Shown: piece after piece, positions 50,145 through 59,903 of the stretch
How positions within the stretch are numbered: the first letter of the stretch is position 1
How the letters are laid out: every line of letters starts with the position of its first letter
DNA from: Alphaproteobacteria bacterium
GTDB lineage: Bacteria > Pseudomonadota > Alphaproteobacteria > RS24
Direction: 5' to 3'
Length of the DNA stretch: 64,000 nucleotides
Assembly: GCA_965662725.1 (NCBI GenBank)
Contig: CBFIIT010000001.1
Coordinates: 83,350-147,349, forward strand
Translations under genes and position numbers: made by a program
The notes under the pieces: model-generated
The model's input: only the letters and a program-made list of their open reading frames with translations
Databases searched by the model: none
Told to the model about the DNA's origin: nothing

Positions 50145-51062
50145 ATGGAATTAACACCGCAAGACCCGCTAGACGCACCCATAAGTGCTGCTGCCAGCAT
50201 TGATGTGACAACAGAAAGCTTTATGGCCGATGTGATTGAAGGCTCAAAGCAGCGTTTGGTCTTGCTGGATTTATGGGCCCCTTGGTGCGGCCCATGCAAG
50301 CAATTAACGCCGGTATTGGAAAAACTGGCGACGCAATCCGATGGCGCGGTGCAATTGGCGAAAATGAATATTGATGAGCATCCGGCGGTGGCGCAACAAT
50401 TGCAGGTGCAATCGATTCCGGCGGTTTTTGCCTTTAAAGACGGACAACCGGTGGACGGTTTTATGGGCGCGCTGCCCGAAAGCGAGGTGAAAAAATTCCT
50501 CGAAAAACATATTGATGACGGTTTGGGCTTGTCGGCGGCTGAAGCGCTGATGGAAACGGCAAGCGAGGCCTTGGCGGCCGGCCAGTTGGAAGATGCGTTG
50601 GAATGCTATCAAGCGGCAATTGAGCAAGAGCCGGACAATGTCGCTGCTATGGCCGGTTTGGCGCAAGCGCATTTGGCGGCCAATGATAAGCAAGCTGCAG
50701 CCGCCATATTGGAGGCAGCTCCGGCGCATGATAATGACCCGCAATTGGCGGCGGCGCGTGCTGCTTTGGCCTTGGCCGATAAAACCGATATGGCCGAATT
50801 GGGTGATGCGGCGCCATTGCAGGCGGCATTGGAAAAAAACGCCGATGATCATCAGGCGCGTTTTGATTTGGCGCTGGCGCATCATGCGGCCGGGCGACGC
50901 GAAGCGGCATTGGATGAATTGCTGGAATTGGTAGCGCGCAAGCGCGATTGGAATGAAGAGGCGGGGCGCAAACAATTGGTCGAATTTTTTGACGCTTATG
51001 GCGCACAAGATGAGCTGGTCATTGCCGCGCGCAAGCGTCTTTCTTCTCTACTGTTTTCGTAA
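50145..51062 (+). CDS. Thioredoxin-domain plus TPR co-chaperone (YbbN/CnoX-like)
   Basis: The N-terminal thioredoxin fold carries WAPWCGPCKQL, and the C-terminal region has TPR-like Ala-rich repeats. The start is set at ATG 50145, after GAGGA. Confidence 0.85.
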   Translation: MELTPQDPLDAPISAAASIDVTTESFMADVIEGSKQRLVLLDLWAPWCGPCKQLTPVLEKLATQSDGAVQLAKMNIDEHPAVAQQLQVQSIPAVFAFKDGQPVDGFMGALPESEVKKFLEKHIDDGLGLSAAEALMETASEALAAGQLEDALECYQAAIEQEPDNVAAMAGLAQAHLAANDKQAAAAILEAAPAHDNDPQLAAARAALALADKTDMAELGDAAPLQAALEKNADDHQARFDLALAHHAAGRREAALDELLELVARKRDWNEEAGRKQLVEFFDAYGAQDELVIAARKRLSSLLFS

Positions 51063-51109
51063 ACCGCATTTTTAAAAACGGCGCTTCAGCCGACTTGGAT
51101 AGGACCCTT

Positions 51110-51763
51110 ATGTCATTTGAAATCGAGACGATTGCCGAATTGCCCGACACAGTGCCGCTATTTCCCTTGGACGGGGTGCTGCTTTTGCCGCGCGGACAAT
51201 TGCCGCTGAATATATTTGAGTCGCGCTATTTGAAAATGTTTGAAGATGCGCTGGGTCGTGGGCGGCTATTGGGTATTATCCAGCCGGATGAAGATGGCGG
51301 CTTGCAAAAAGTCGGTTGTCTGGGGCGCATCACTTCTTTTAGCGAAACCGAAGATGGTCGCATGATGGTCTCTTTGACCGGCGTGGCGCGGTTTCGCGTT
51401 GCGGAAGAATTGGAAGTTATGACCCCCTATCGGCAAGCGCGGGCTGATTATCAACCCTATGAAAGCGATCTCATCGCCGATATTGGCAGCCTTGATGTCA
51501 ATCGCGATGGGGTGCTGGATATTTTGAAACGCTATCTCGATGCCAATGGCATGCAGGCCGATTGGCCGGCCATTGAAAGCTCAAATAATGAAGCCTTGGT
51601 CAATTCGCTGTGTATTATCAGCCCCTATGGCGGACAAGAAAAGCAAGCCATGCTGGAGGCCGCCAGCCTCGCAGAACGGGCTGAGATTTTAATCGCTTTG
51701 ACGGAAATGGTGCTGGCGCAAATGAGCCAGACAGGCGGCGCCAATGATAATGCAGTGCAATAG
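51110..51763 (+). CDS. LON-peptidase substrate-binding (Lon N-terminal) domain protein
   Basis: [30 protein letters not shown] is the classic Lon-N domain start. It has the right size for the stand-alone family. Confidence 0.85.
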   Translation: MSFEIETIAELPDTVPLFPLDGVLLLPRGQLPLNIFESRYLKMFEDALGRGRLLGIIQPDEDGGLQKVGCLGRITSFSETEDGRMMVSLTGVARFRVAEELEVMTPYRQARADYQPYESDLIADIGSLDVNRDGVLDILKRYLDANGMQADWPAIESSNNEALVNSLCIISPYGGQEKQAMLEAASLAERAEILIALTEMVLAQMSQTGGANDNAVQ

Positions 51764-51774
51764 GCGAGGCTGAA

Positions 51775-51948
51775 ATGAGTGAAAAATTAGACCCGGCAAT
51801 TTTGGAATTATTGGTTTGTCCGCTTACCCATGGGCCTTTGCGTTATGATGAGGCGGCGGATGAGCTTATATCAAAAGAAGCCGGCCTGGCGTTTCCGGTG
51901 CGCGACGGCATTCCGGTGATGCTGCCTGAAGAAGCGCGCAAGCTTTAA
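51775..51948 (+). CDS. Trm112/UPF0434-family small protein (57 aa)
   Basis: My own translation is [57 protein letters not shown], which matches the Trm112-like motif (LLVCP...L...Y.I.DGIP.ML..EA). It is below the 60-aa cutoff of the ORF track. Confidence 0.8.
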   Translation: MSEKLDPAILELLVCPLTHGPLRYDEAADELISKEAGLAFPVRDGIPVMLPEEARKL

Positions 51949-51969
51949 GGCTCATTTTTAAAGTTCATT

Positions 51970-52001
51970 GTTTAGAGCTTACTGAGTTTAGAGCTTACTG
52001 A
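51970..52001. repeat. Perfect 16-bp tandem duplication (gtttagagcttactga x2) spanning the ubiH-like stop codon
   Basis: Read directly from the sequence. Copy 2 (51986-52001) contains the stop (complement of 51995-51997) and the last codons of the minus-strand gene. Copy 1 lies just beyond the stop. Confidence 0.9.
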
Positions 52002-53326
52002 AAATTTCCACTGCGCATGAGACGCGGTGGTGTGCTTGTGCCGCGGCCATCGGCTTGCCGCCGAAAGGCTTGGCGTAAGGCTTGATTATGACGCGCCATG
52101 CGACCGGTTAAAGCCAAGCCAAAACGCCCCAATGGGCCGGTCAGGTTTTTTGCAGGGCCGGAAAATAAATCCGCCAGCGCATGGGTCATGGCGGCGGTCA
52201 TGGCGGCATCGCCGCGCCGTTTGGTGACAAACTCAGACAGCACATAAGGCCCATCCGCCGCCAAACCCAAGCCCCGCGCTTCATACAGGCAATCGGCCAA
52301 AAGCGCGGCATCGCGCAAGGTCAGATTAAAGCCTTGTCCGGCCAGCGGATGCACAATATGCGCCGCTTCGCCCAGCAAACATAAATGCCCGTCACAATAT
52401 GCGTCAGCCAATTTCAGCGATAAATGCTGTATTTGCCAATCATCATCGGCACGTATCGCGCCGGCTGCGCCGCCGGTCGCTTTGGCCAATTCAGTATCAA
52501 TAAAAGGCTGTCCGATATCGGCCAGCGCCGCAGCTTTGCCTTTCGGCATTGACCAAATAAGGGCGCGCTTATCGGGCGCGGCAAGCGGCAAGAGCGCTAA
52601 TGGCCCATCGGGCAAAAATAATTGCACTGCCTTATTGCCATGCGGCTGCGCGGTGTGAACGCTGGCGACCAAAGCGGTCATGTCATAATCATGACCCAAA
52701 GCCGCGGTGTCGCGCCGCCATGGTGCGTCGGCTTTAGCGGTTTTGTGATCACGGCGCGTATCGATGAGCAAGGCTGCCTCTATCGTCTCGCCATTTTCTA
52801 AGCGGACAGTGCCGTCGGTTTTGTCGAAATCATCGATCGGCGCCGGCAGAACGCCAATCGTGTCATCGGATAGAGCCGCGTCGAGAGCGTCGCCAATGGC
52901 GGCGGATAAATCTGTCAGGCTGACAATATGTGCCAATATATCAATTGTCGGCATATCAATTGCTGGCTGGTCGTCGCGCGCGCCTTCATCTTGCGCCGCT
53001 TTGTCCGTTGATTGGGTATTTATCGGTTCGGCAAAAGACAAGCCATGACCGCGCCGCCAATTTTCCGCACTGCCATAAACCGTCATATCGCACACTGCTA
53101 CGGCCGGTGTTTTCAGTCGCGCCCAAATCGATAAGCCATCCAACATGGTTTTTGCCGCCGCGCTCAAGGCCAGTACGCTGGATGATGTTGTATCTTTTGA
53201 TGGCGAATTGAGCCGGCTGAAAAGCGGCCGAAACCCCGCCGCCGCTAAAGCCAAAGCGGTTATTGCGGCGCTATTGCCGCTGCCGTGAATGATGATCGGG
53301 CGTTTATGCGGGTCAAATTCTTGCAT
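51995..53326 (-). CDS. FAD-dependent monooxygenase, UbiH/UbiF/VisC/COQ6 family
   Basis: It has an N-terminal dinucleotide-binding region (IIIHGSGNSAAITALALAAAGF, a divergent GxGxxG) and a C-terminal [19 protein letters not shown] motif. The start is set at ATG 53326. Confidence 0.78.
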   Translation of the reverse strand: MQEFDPHKRPIIIHGSGNSAAITALALAAAGFRPLFSRLNSPSKDTTSSSVLALSAAAKTMLDGLSIWARLKTPAVAVCDMTVYGSAENWRRGHGLSFAEPINTQSTDKAAQDEGARDDQPAIDMPTIDILAHIVSLTDLSAAIGDALDAALSDDTIGVLPAPIDDFDKTDGTVRLENGETIEAALLIDTRRDHKTAKADAPWRRDTAALGHDYDMTALVASVHTAQPHGNKAVQLFLPDGPLALLPLAAPDKRALIWSMPKGKAAALADIGQPFIDTELAKATGGAAGAIRADDDWQIQHLSLKLADAYCDGHLCLLGEAAHIVHPLAGQGFNLTLRDAALLADCLYEARGLGLAADGPYVLSEFVTKRRGDAAMTAAMTHALADLFSGPAKNLTGPLGRFGLALTGRMARHNQALRQAFRRQADGRGTSTPPRLMRSGNFQ

Positions 53327-53513
53327 GAGAGCGACAGTGCCCGAAAATATAAGCCGCGTCCACAACGCAATAGCCGCAGCAGCCGAGCGGATGTCGCCTA
53401 AATATTAGGCATTTAACCGGCGCCTTGCTGCAGGCTGACTAAAATTTAATCATTTGCTTTTTCGGTCAGATTATCGGGTTAAGCCGGTCAGCCATTCAGG
53501 CGTATTCTTCATT

Positions 53514-53529
53514 TGGCACGGTAATTGCA
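53514..53529 (+). promoter_or_regulatory. Sigma-54 (RpoN) promoter, -24/-12 elements
   Basis: TGGCAC GGTAA TTGCA is an exact match to the TGGCAC-N5-TTGCW consensus. It lies 39 nt upstream of the amt ATG. Confidence 0.7.
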
Positions 53530-53567
53530 TAAATTCTTCAGTTCTGTAAGTGAATTTGGGGATTATT

Positions 53568-54785
53568 ATGGAAACCAACGCAGTGGGCGGCGACGTCTTC
53601 TTTATTCTTATGGGCGCCATTTTGGTGTTCGCCATGCATGCTGGCTTTGCCTTTTTAGAGGTTGGCACGGTGCGCAAAAAAAACCAGGTCAATGCCATGG
53701 TGAAAATCCTATCGGATTTCGGCATGTCCACTTTGGCCTATTTCTTTATCGGTTACTCAGTGGCTTACGGCATGGACTTTTTGTCCTCCGCCGCAACCAT
53801 TAGTGGCGATGGTGGTGATGAGGCTTATGGCCCGCAAGGCCTGTCACTGATTAAATTTTTCTTTCTGCTGACTTTTGCCGCTGCCATTCCGGCGATTATT
53901 TCAGGCGGTATTGCCGAGCGGGCGCGGTTCATGCCGCAATTAATCGCTTCGGGCATTATTGTCGCCTTGGTTTATCCGTTTTTCGAAGGGATGATTTGGA
54001 ACGGTAATTACGGTTTCCAAAGCTGGCTCGAAGGCACTTTCGGCGCCAGCTTCCATGACTTTGCCGGCTCTGTTGTCGTGCATGGCGTTGGCGGCTGGAT
54101 TGCTTTTTCAGCGGTAATTTTATTGGGCGCACGGCTTGGCCGTTATGGCGATAAGGGCACGGCCTTTCCACCAAGCTCTATTCCGTGGTTGGCCTTGGGC
54201 AGCTGGTTGCTGTGCATTGGTTGGTTCGGTTTTAACGTGGTCAGCGCGCAATCGCTGGAAGGCGTTTCCGGTCTGGTCGCGGTCAATTCTCTCATGGCAA
54301 TGGTCGGCGGCATTATGGCGGCATTGTTCATCGGTAAAAATGATCCGGGCTTTGTTCATAATGGCGCCTTGGCCGGACTGGTCGCGGTCTGTGCCGGTTC
54401 TGATGTGATGCATCCGGGCGGTGCCTTGGTCACCGGTATTGTCGCCGGCGGTTTGTTTGTCAAAATGTTTGTCATTTGCCAAGAAAAACTGCAAATCGAT
54501 GATGTGCTGGGTGTCTGGCCATTGCACGGCTTGGCCGGTGCATGGGGCGGTATTGCTTGTGGTATTTTCGGTACCGAAGCTTTTGGCGGTCTTGGTGGTG
54601 TCAGCTTTATGTCACAACTGGTCGGCACGATTGTCGGCTGTGGCTTTGCCGCGATTGCCGGTGCCATTGTCTATGGCGCGCTGAAGCAGACAATCGGCAT
54701 TCGTTTGACCGAAGAAGAAGAGCAAATGGGTGCTGACTTGGCGGTGCATAAAATCGCTGCCAATCCGGAAAGCGGCATTGGCTAA
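53568..54785 (+). CDS. amt: Ammonium transporter (Amt family)
   Basis: About 405 aa and multi-TM. DFAGSVVVHGVGGW and VLGVWPLHGLAGAWGG are Amt signatures containing the twin His residues. ATG 53568 follows GGGGA. Confidence 0.95.
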   Translation: METNAVGGDVFFILMGAILVFAMHAGFAFLEVGTVRKKNQVNAMVKILSDFGMSTLAYFFIGYSVAYGMDFLSSAATISGDGGDEAYGPQGLSLIKFFFLLTFAAAIPAIISGGIAERARFMPQLIASGIIVALVYPFFEGMIWNGNYGFQSWLEGTFGASFHDFAGSVVVHGVGGWIAFSAVILLGARLGRYGDKGTAFPPSSIPWLALGSWLLCIGWFGFNVVSAQSLEGVSGLVAVNSLMAMVGGIMAALFIGKNDPGFVHNGALAGLVAVCAGSDVMHPGGALVTGIVAGGLFVKMFVICQEKLQIDDVLGVWPLHGLAGAWGGIACGIFGTEAFGGLGGVSFMSQLVGTIVGCGFAAIAGAIVYGALKQTIGIRLTEEEEQMGADLAVHKIAANPESGIG

Positions 54786-54880
54786 TTGCTTATGGGCCAT
54801 CAGGCTCGGTCAAGCAGCGCTTTCATTTGCACTTAAAGGCGCCGCTGCGCTAGGCTGAGACAGGCTGATTCGTGAAAATC

Positions 54881-54918
54881 CCGGGCGGGGCTTCAGGCCT
54901 CGTCCGGTTTTTTCTTTT
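54881..54918 (+). terminator. Intrinsic terminator downstream of amt
   Basis: An 11-bp stem pairs ccgggcggggc with gcctcgtccgg (two G-U pairs). The loop is 5 nt and the stem is followed by TTTTTTCTTTT. Confidence 0.75.
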
Positions 54919-54928
54919 GGAGAAGAAT

Positions 54929-56113
54929 ATGCAAACCGCGCCCCGTGCCTCGCTGCCGCCATCGCCCTTTACCCGCTTGCGTGCGCTATTGGATGATATT
55001 AAGCCGGGCAAGCCACCCCTCTCTTTAGCGCTTGGCGAGCCGCAGCATGCGGCGCCGCAATTTGTCTTGGAAAAACTGGCACAAGCGGGCGATGGCTATG
55101 GGCGCTATCCGCCGATTACCGGCAGTGAAGACTGGCAAGAAGCGGTACGCGGCTGGTTGGCGCGTCGCTTGCAAGTGACATCGGTTTTGAACCGGCCCAA
55201 TGCCGTCTTGCCGCTTAACGGCACGCGCGAAGGTTTGTTTTTGGCGGCGCAATTGGCGACACCAAAAGATAAGGGTTTGGTCGCCATGCCCGACCCGTTT
55301 TATCAAGTCTATGCCGCTGCCGCTTTGGCGATAGGCGCGACACCACATTATTTGCCGGCCACCAAAGAAACCGGCTTTTTGCCTGATTTGACCGCATTGG
55401 ATAAATCGACGCTGCAGCGCATGCGGGCGATGTATTTATGCTCGCCGGCCAATCCGCAAGGGGTGATTGCCGAGCGCGATTATTTGCGCGCTGCAATGGA
55501 TTTGGCGGTCGCGCATGATTTCATTTTGCTGGTCGATGAGTGCTATGGCGAAATTTATGACAGCGCGCCGCCGCCTTCCATTTTGCAAATCATGCAAGAA
55601 ATGGAAGCCGATAATGCGCCGGTTTTGGCATTTCATTCGCTATCGAAACGCTCCAATTTACCGGGCCTGCGCTCCGGCTTTGTTGCCGGCGGAGAAAAGC
55701 TGATGGATGATTTCACTGCGCTTCGTCAATTGGCCGGCCCGCAATCGCCTTTACCGGTGCAGGCCGCCGCCGCCTTGGCATGGAATGATGACGCCCATGT
55801 TGAAGAAAACCGCGCGCAATATCGCGCCAAATTTGATGTGGCGGAAAAAATACTCGGCCAGCGATTTGAATTTTATCGTCCGGCAGCAGGATTTTTTCTG
55901 TGGCTGAATGTCGGCAATGGCGAAGCGGCAGCGGTTAAATTATGGCGCGAGGAAGGGCTGCGGGTTTTGCCCGGTGCTTATTTGGCCGGCGGTGACGCGC
56001 AATTGGCGGCGCCTTATATTCGTGTCGCTTTGGTTGCGCCGCGCGATGAAACCGAAAACGCTTTAACCCGCATGGCTGATTGTCTGGCCGATATGCAAGG
56101 GCAAGCGGCATGA
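54929..56113 (+). CDS. Class I/II pyridoxal-phosphate aminotransferase (DapC/AlaC-like)
   Basis: [18 protein letters not shown] is the PLP-lysine motif, and the length and fold fit an AAT-like protein. ATG 54929 follows GGAGAAG, and the track's GTG start would include the terminator hairpin. Confidence 0.88.
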   Translation: MQTAPRASLPPSPFTRLRALLDDIKPGKPPLSLALGEPQHAAPQFVLEKLAQAGDGYGRYPPITGSEDWQEAVRGWLARRLQVTSVLNRPNAVLPLNGTREGLFLAAQLATPKDKGLVAMPDPFYQVYAAAALAIGATPHYLPATKETGFLPDLTALDKSTLQRMRAMYLCSPANPQGVIAERDYLRAAMDLAVAHDFILLVDECYGEIYDSAPPPSILQIMQEMEADNAPVLAFHSLSKRSNLPGLRSGFVAGGEKLMDDFTALRQLAGPQSPLPVQAAAALAWNDDAHVEENRAQYRAKFDVAEKILGQRFEFYRPAAGFFLWLNVGNGEAAAVKLWREEGLRVLPGAYLAGGDAQLAAPYIRVALVAPRDETENALTRMADCLADMQGQAA

Positions 56114-58551
56114 CTAATTTGCGCGCATTATGGAGCCGATGGCAGCCGCGTTTGTCGGCTTGGCTGGCCGCCTTATGGCTCAGATTATCGGCCGCAATCA
56201 TTTTGGCTGCAGTGCTGCTCATGGCTTTGGCAGTATTGAGTTTTAACCCGCAAGATACGAGTTTTAATGCCAGTGGTGATGTCGCGCTGTCCAATTGGTT
56301 GGGGCTTCCGGGCGCGGTGATTGCAGATTTGGCGCTGCAAATTTTGGGTGGCGCGATATGGCTGATTCTTTTGGCGTTTGGCGCACGCGCCGCTCGGCAA
56401 ATTCTGGGCACCGTATTGAGCTATCCGAATTGGCGCTTTACCGCCTCGCTTATCGCGCCCCTTTTGCTGGCGCTTGCTTTGGCCATGGGGCGGGTCGCGG
56501 CTGACCCGCTCATGCCGTTTCCCGGCGGTGCTCTGGGCCAGCTTTTGGCGGATGGTTTGGAAACAGCTTTGGCGGCAATGTCGCTTTATCCAAATCGCGA
56601 TGTCGAATTGGCGCTTGCTTATACGCTGGGTACGCTGGCAATTATCCTGGCCTTATTTGGCGCCGGCATGGTGCGTTTGACGTGGACCTTGGCGCGGCGG
56701 GTGACGCTTCATCTGCGCCAAGCCCCCGGCCGTTTGGTCGCTTTATTGCAAATGCCGAAAGCGCTATCGGTGCCCATGGCGGCCCGTATATCTCGCTTGG
56801 CCGCGGCTTTTTCCTCTAAGCGGTTTTCGCGCAGCGCTTCTGCGGCGGCCGGCTCGAGTGCAGATATGACTGCTGATATGGATGTGGATGCTGATGCGGG
56901 TTCCGGCGCAATGACTGAAAATACTTCCGTTCAAAATGCCGCTTCACAGTTTGAGCCAATAAGCGCAACCGAGGCGGCCGGACGGGTCGCCGTGGCGGAT
57001 AAAAAACCGGCATTGAAAGCCTCACGCCGCGCCGCGCGTGAAGCGCAGCCAAGTCTTGGTTTTGATAAGGGCGATTATGAATTGCCGCCTTTGCGGCTTT
57101 TGACCGAGCATAAAAAGCCGCGGCAAGCGACAACGCTCAGCAAAGATGCGCTGGAGGCCAATGCAAGAATGTTGGAAACCGTCTTATCGGATTTCGGCGT
57201 GAAAGGCACAATCGGGCAAGTGCGACCGGGACCGGTGGTGACGCTTTATGAGCTTGAACCGGCAGCCGGTGTGCGCTCTTCGCGCGTTGTCGGTTTGGCC
57301 GATGACATTGCCCGTTCGATGAGTGCAGTGTCGGCCCGCGTTGCACCCGTGCCCGGCTCCAATGTTATCGGCATTGAGCTGCCCAATCAAAGCCGCGAGC
57401 TGGTATCTTTACGCGAATTGCTGGCCTCGACCGATTTTGAAAGCGGTAAGTCAAAATTGACCATGGCATTGGGTAAAGATATTGGCGGCGCGCCGGTGAT
57501 GTCGGATTTGGCCAAAATGCCTCACCTATTGGTGGCCGGCACAACCGGTTCGGGTAAATCGGTCGGCATTAACACAATGATATTGTCTTTGCTGTATCGT
57601 CTGACCCCTGAACAATGTCGGCTTATTCTGGTCGATCCGAAAATGTTGGAATTATCGGTTTATGACGGCATTCCGCATTTGCTGGCGCCGGTGGTGACCG
57701 AGCCGAAAAAAGCTGTTGTCGCCTTGAAATGGGTGGTGCAGGAAATGGAAAACCGCTATCGCAAAATGGCCAAAATCGGGGTCCGAAATATTGACGGCTA
57801 TAATACGCGCATGGCGGAGGCGAAAGCCTCTGGCGAAGTGTTGACCCGCACAGCGCAAACCGGCTTTGACCCGGATAGCGGTGAGGCGATTTATGAAGAA
57901 GAAACCATTGAAACGGAAATGCTGCCTTTCATTGTTGTGGTGATTGATGAGATGGCTGATTTGATGATGGTCGCCGGTAAGGAAATCGAAGCGGCGGTGC
58001 AAAGATTGGCGCAAATGGCGCGCGCTGCCGGCGTGCATCTTATCACCGCCACACAACGCCCCTCTGTCGATGTGATTACCGGCACCATTAAGGCCAATTT
58101 TCCGAGCCGTATTTCGTTTCAAGTAACCTCAAAAATTGACAGCCGCACAGTATTGGGTGAACAGGGCGGCGAGCAATTATTGGGCCAGGGCGATATGCTT
58201 TATATGGGCGGCGGCGGCCGCATCCAGCGGGTGCATGGGCCGTTTGTCTCTGATGAAGAAGTCGAAAAAGTAGTGACGTTTTTGAAAAAACAAGCAGTGC
58301 CGCAATATATTGAGCAGGTGACACAAGAGCCTGAAGAAGCACCCGAAATAGAAGCCAGTGGCGATGATTTATACGACCAAGCCGTGGCCATTGTGACGCG
58401 TGACGGGCGCGCTTCGACCAGCTATGTACAGCGGCGTTTGTCTATTGGCTATAATCGCGCCGCGCGTTTGATCGAACAAATGGAAGAAGAGGGGGTGATA
58501 TCGGCCCCCAATCATGCCGGTAAACGCGAAATTCTGGCGGGCAAGCATTGA
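56110..58551 (+). CDS. ftsK: DNA translocase FtsK
   Basis: It has N-terminal TM helices, a Pro/Ala-rich linker, a motor domain with Walker A GTTGSGKS, and a C-terminal gamma winged-helix ([23 protein letters not shown]). The start overlaps the upstream stop (ATGA). Confidence 0.97.
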   Translation: MTNLRALWSRWQPRLSAWLAALWLRLSAAIILAAVLLMALAVLSFNPQDTSFNASGDVALSNWLGLPGAVIADLALQILGGAIWLILLAFGARAARQILGTVLSYPNWRFTASLIAPLLLALALAMGRVAADPLMPFPGGALGQLLADGLETALAAMSLYPNRDVELALAYTLGTLAIILALFGAGMVRLTWTLARRVTLHLRQAPGRLVALLQMPKALSVPMAARISRLAAAFSSKRFSRSASAAAGSSADMTADMDVDADAGSGAMTENTSVQNAASQFEPISATEAAGRVAVADKKPALKASRRAAREAQPSLGFDKGDYELPPLRLLTEHKKPRQATTLSKDALEANARMLETVLSDFGVKGTIGQVRPGPVVTLYELEPAAGVRSSRVVGLADDIARSMSAVSARVAPVPGSNVIGIELPNQSRELVSLRELLASTDFESGKSKLTMALGKDIGGAPVMSDLAKMPHLLVAGTTGSGKSVGINTMILSLLYRLTPEQCRLILVDPKMLELSVYDGIPHLLAPVVTEPKKAVVALKWVVQEMENRYRKMAKIGVRNIDGYNTRMAEAKASGEVLTRTAQTGFDPDSGEAIYEEETIETEMLPFIVVVIDEMADLMMVAGKEIEAAVQRLAQMARAAGVHLITATQRPSVDVITGTIKANFPSRISFQVTSKIDSRTVLGEQGGEQLLGQGDMLYMGGGGRIQRVHGPFVSDEEVEKVVTFLKKQAVPQYIEQVTQEPEEAPEIEASGDDLYDQAVAIVTRDGRASTSYVQRRLSIGYNRAARLIEQMEEEGVISAPNHAGKREILAGKH

Positions 58552-59228
58552 TAAAAAACCCTATAAAAGCGGCTGGTTCGGCGGTTGTTTTTGCGATTAT
58601 TACCGCGCTTTTAACCGGCTTTAGTGGCGGCTTTTTGGTCGTGTCACCGGCGCTGGCCGAAACCGCGCCGGAAGTGTTGGAAAACAGGGCAAGCCGCGCC
58701 GAATGGCTGGCGCGCATCAATCAATCGCTGTCAAACATGCCCGATATGAGCGGTCGCTTTGAGCAAAAATTGCCAAATGGCGGTCATGCGGCGGGTGATT
58801 ATCTTATCGATTGGCCGCAAAATTTACGTTTTGCTTATCAGCTCAATGGTGAAAGCGTGGTAACGGTGCGCGGTAAATTTGTCGCCGTGCAAGAGCGCCC
58901 GGGCGGCCAGCCAAATTGGTTTCCGGTCTCATTGACACCCTTGGCGATGATACGCCAAGCGGTTGCCGATGGCATATCCGATAACATGCTGACCGGCTTG
59001 CAGATTGAGGAAGCAATTTATGCCGCTACTTTGCGTGACCCGTCGGGTGATGTGCCGGGGCAGGCAACCTTATATTTTACCCGCGCTGATAACCAGCTTT
59101 ATGCCTGGCGATTGATCGATGCGCAAAATACGGTCACTTTGGTGCGTCTGCGTGACATAACCCGCCACGAAGCTTTGGATAAGTCATTGTTTGCCATTGT
59201 CGAAGACGATGAAAATGATAATGATTAG
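58548..59228 (+). CDS. lolA: Outer-membrane lipoprotein carrier LolA-like protein
   Basis: It has a signal peptide (…VVSPALA/E), LolA-like size and position immediately after ftsK, as in many proteobacteria. The start is TTG and overlaps the ftsK stop. Confidence 0.75.
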   Translation: MIKNPIKAAGSAVVFAIITALLTGFSGGFLVVSPALAETAPEVLENRASRAEWLARINQSLSNMPDMSGRFEQKLPNGGHAAGDYLIDWPQNLRFAYQLNGESVVTVRGKFVAVQERPGGQPNWFPVSLTPLAMIRQAVADGISDNMLTGLQIEEAIYAATLRDPSGDVPGQATLYFTRADNQLYAWRLIDAQNTVTLVRLRDITRHEALDKSLFAIVEDDENDND

Positions 59229-59231
59229 GGC

Positions 59232-59894
59232 ATGCGGAGCATGCGTCCAAATCAAGAAAATCAATGGCAAGCCGATGCCGAGGCGCTGCTCGAATTAGAG
59301 GCGGAAATTCCGCTTCTTTCGGTTTTACGCGAATTTTCAGACCGCGCCCAACGCGCCGCCTGGTTTTCCAATCTCGGTGAAATGATGGATGATGAGACGG
59401 CCTATTTGGCGCGCGCTTATCTCGATATGCTGGGTTTTCCCGATGCCGAAACAGTGCCGGTGATGAATTGGGATGATGCGCTGGACGCTTCGGAAAGCGG
59501 TGATTTGAACAGCGAAGGCTGGGAAGCGGAAGAACAATTGCGCGCCGCCCTATCGGACCGCGTTTTGCAAGGTATTTCTGAAGAAGGGCTGGGCGTCATG
59601 CTGTCTTATTTGCAAGCCGCCCTTGCCGAGCCGGTATCGGAAATGGTTGATGAGGCTTTGATGATGGCGGATGAGCCGCCCGATGCCATTCGTGATTTGG
59701 CGGTTGGTGCGGCGCAACAAGCGGCCTTTGGCGGTGCGCTTGCCTTGGCTGCCGCGGCGTTGGATATGGCTGAAAATGATGACCAGCAAGCCGGTGAAGA
59801 AGCGTTAAACCACCCGCTTATGCTGCGTTATCGATTATTTGAATTGGGCCGTTGGCCGCTCGCCTTAAGCGGCCGCACGCTTAATCTGTTTTAG
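59232..59894 (+). CDS. Hypothetical acidic protein (220 aa), unknown function
   Basis: The frame is uninterrupted and starts 4 nt after lolA and ends 9 nt before xthA. Codon usage resembles its neighbours. I recognise no motif. Confidence 0.6.
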   Translation: MRSMRPNQENQWQADAEALLELEAEIPLLSVLREFSDRAQRAAWFSNLGEMMDDETAYLARAYLDMLGFPDAETVPVMNWDDALDASESGDLNSEGWEAEEQLRAALSDRVLQGISEEGLGVMLSYLQAALAEPVSEMVDEALMMADEPPDAIRDLAVGAAQQAAFGGALALAAAALDMAENDDQQAGEEALNHPLMLRYRLFELGRWPLALSGRTLNLF

Positions 59895-59903
59895 GAAAAT
59901 CAT

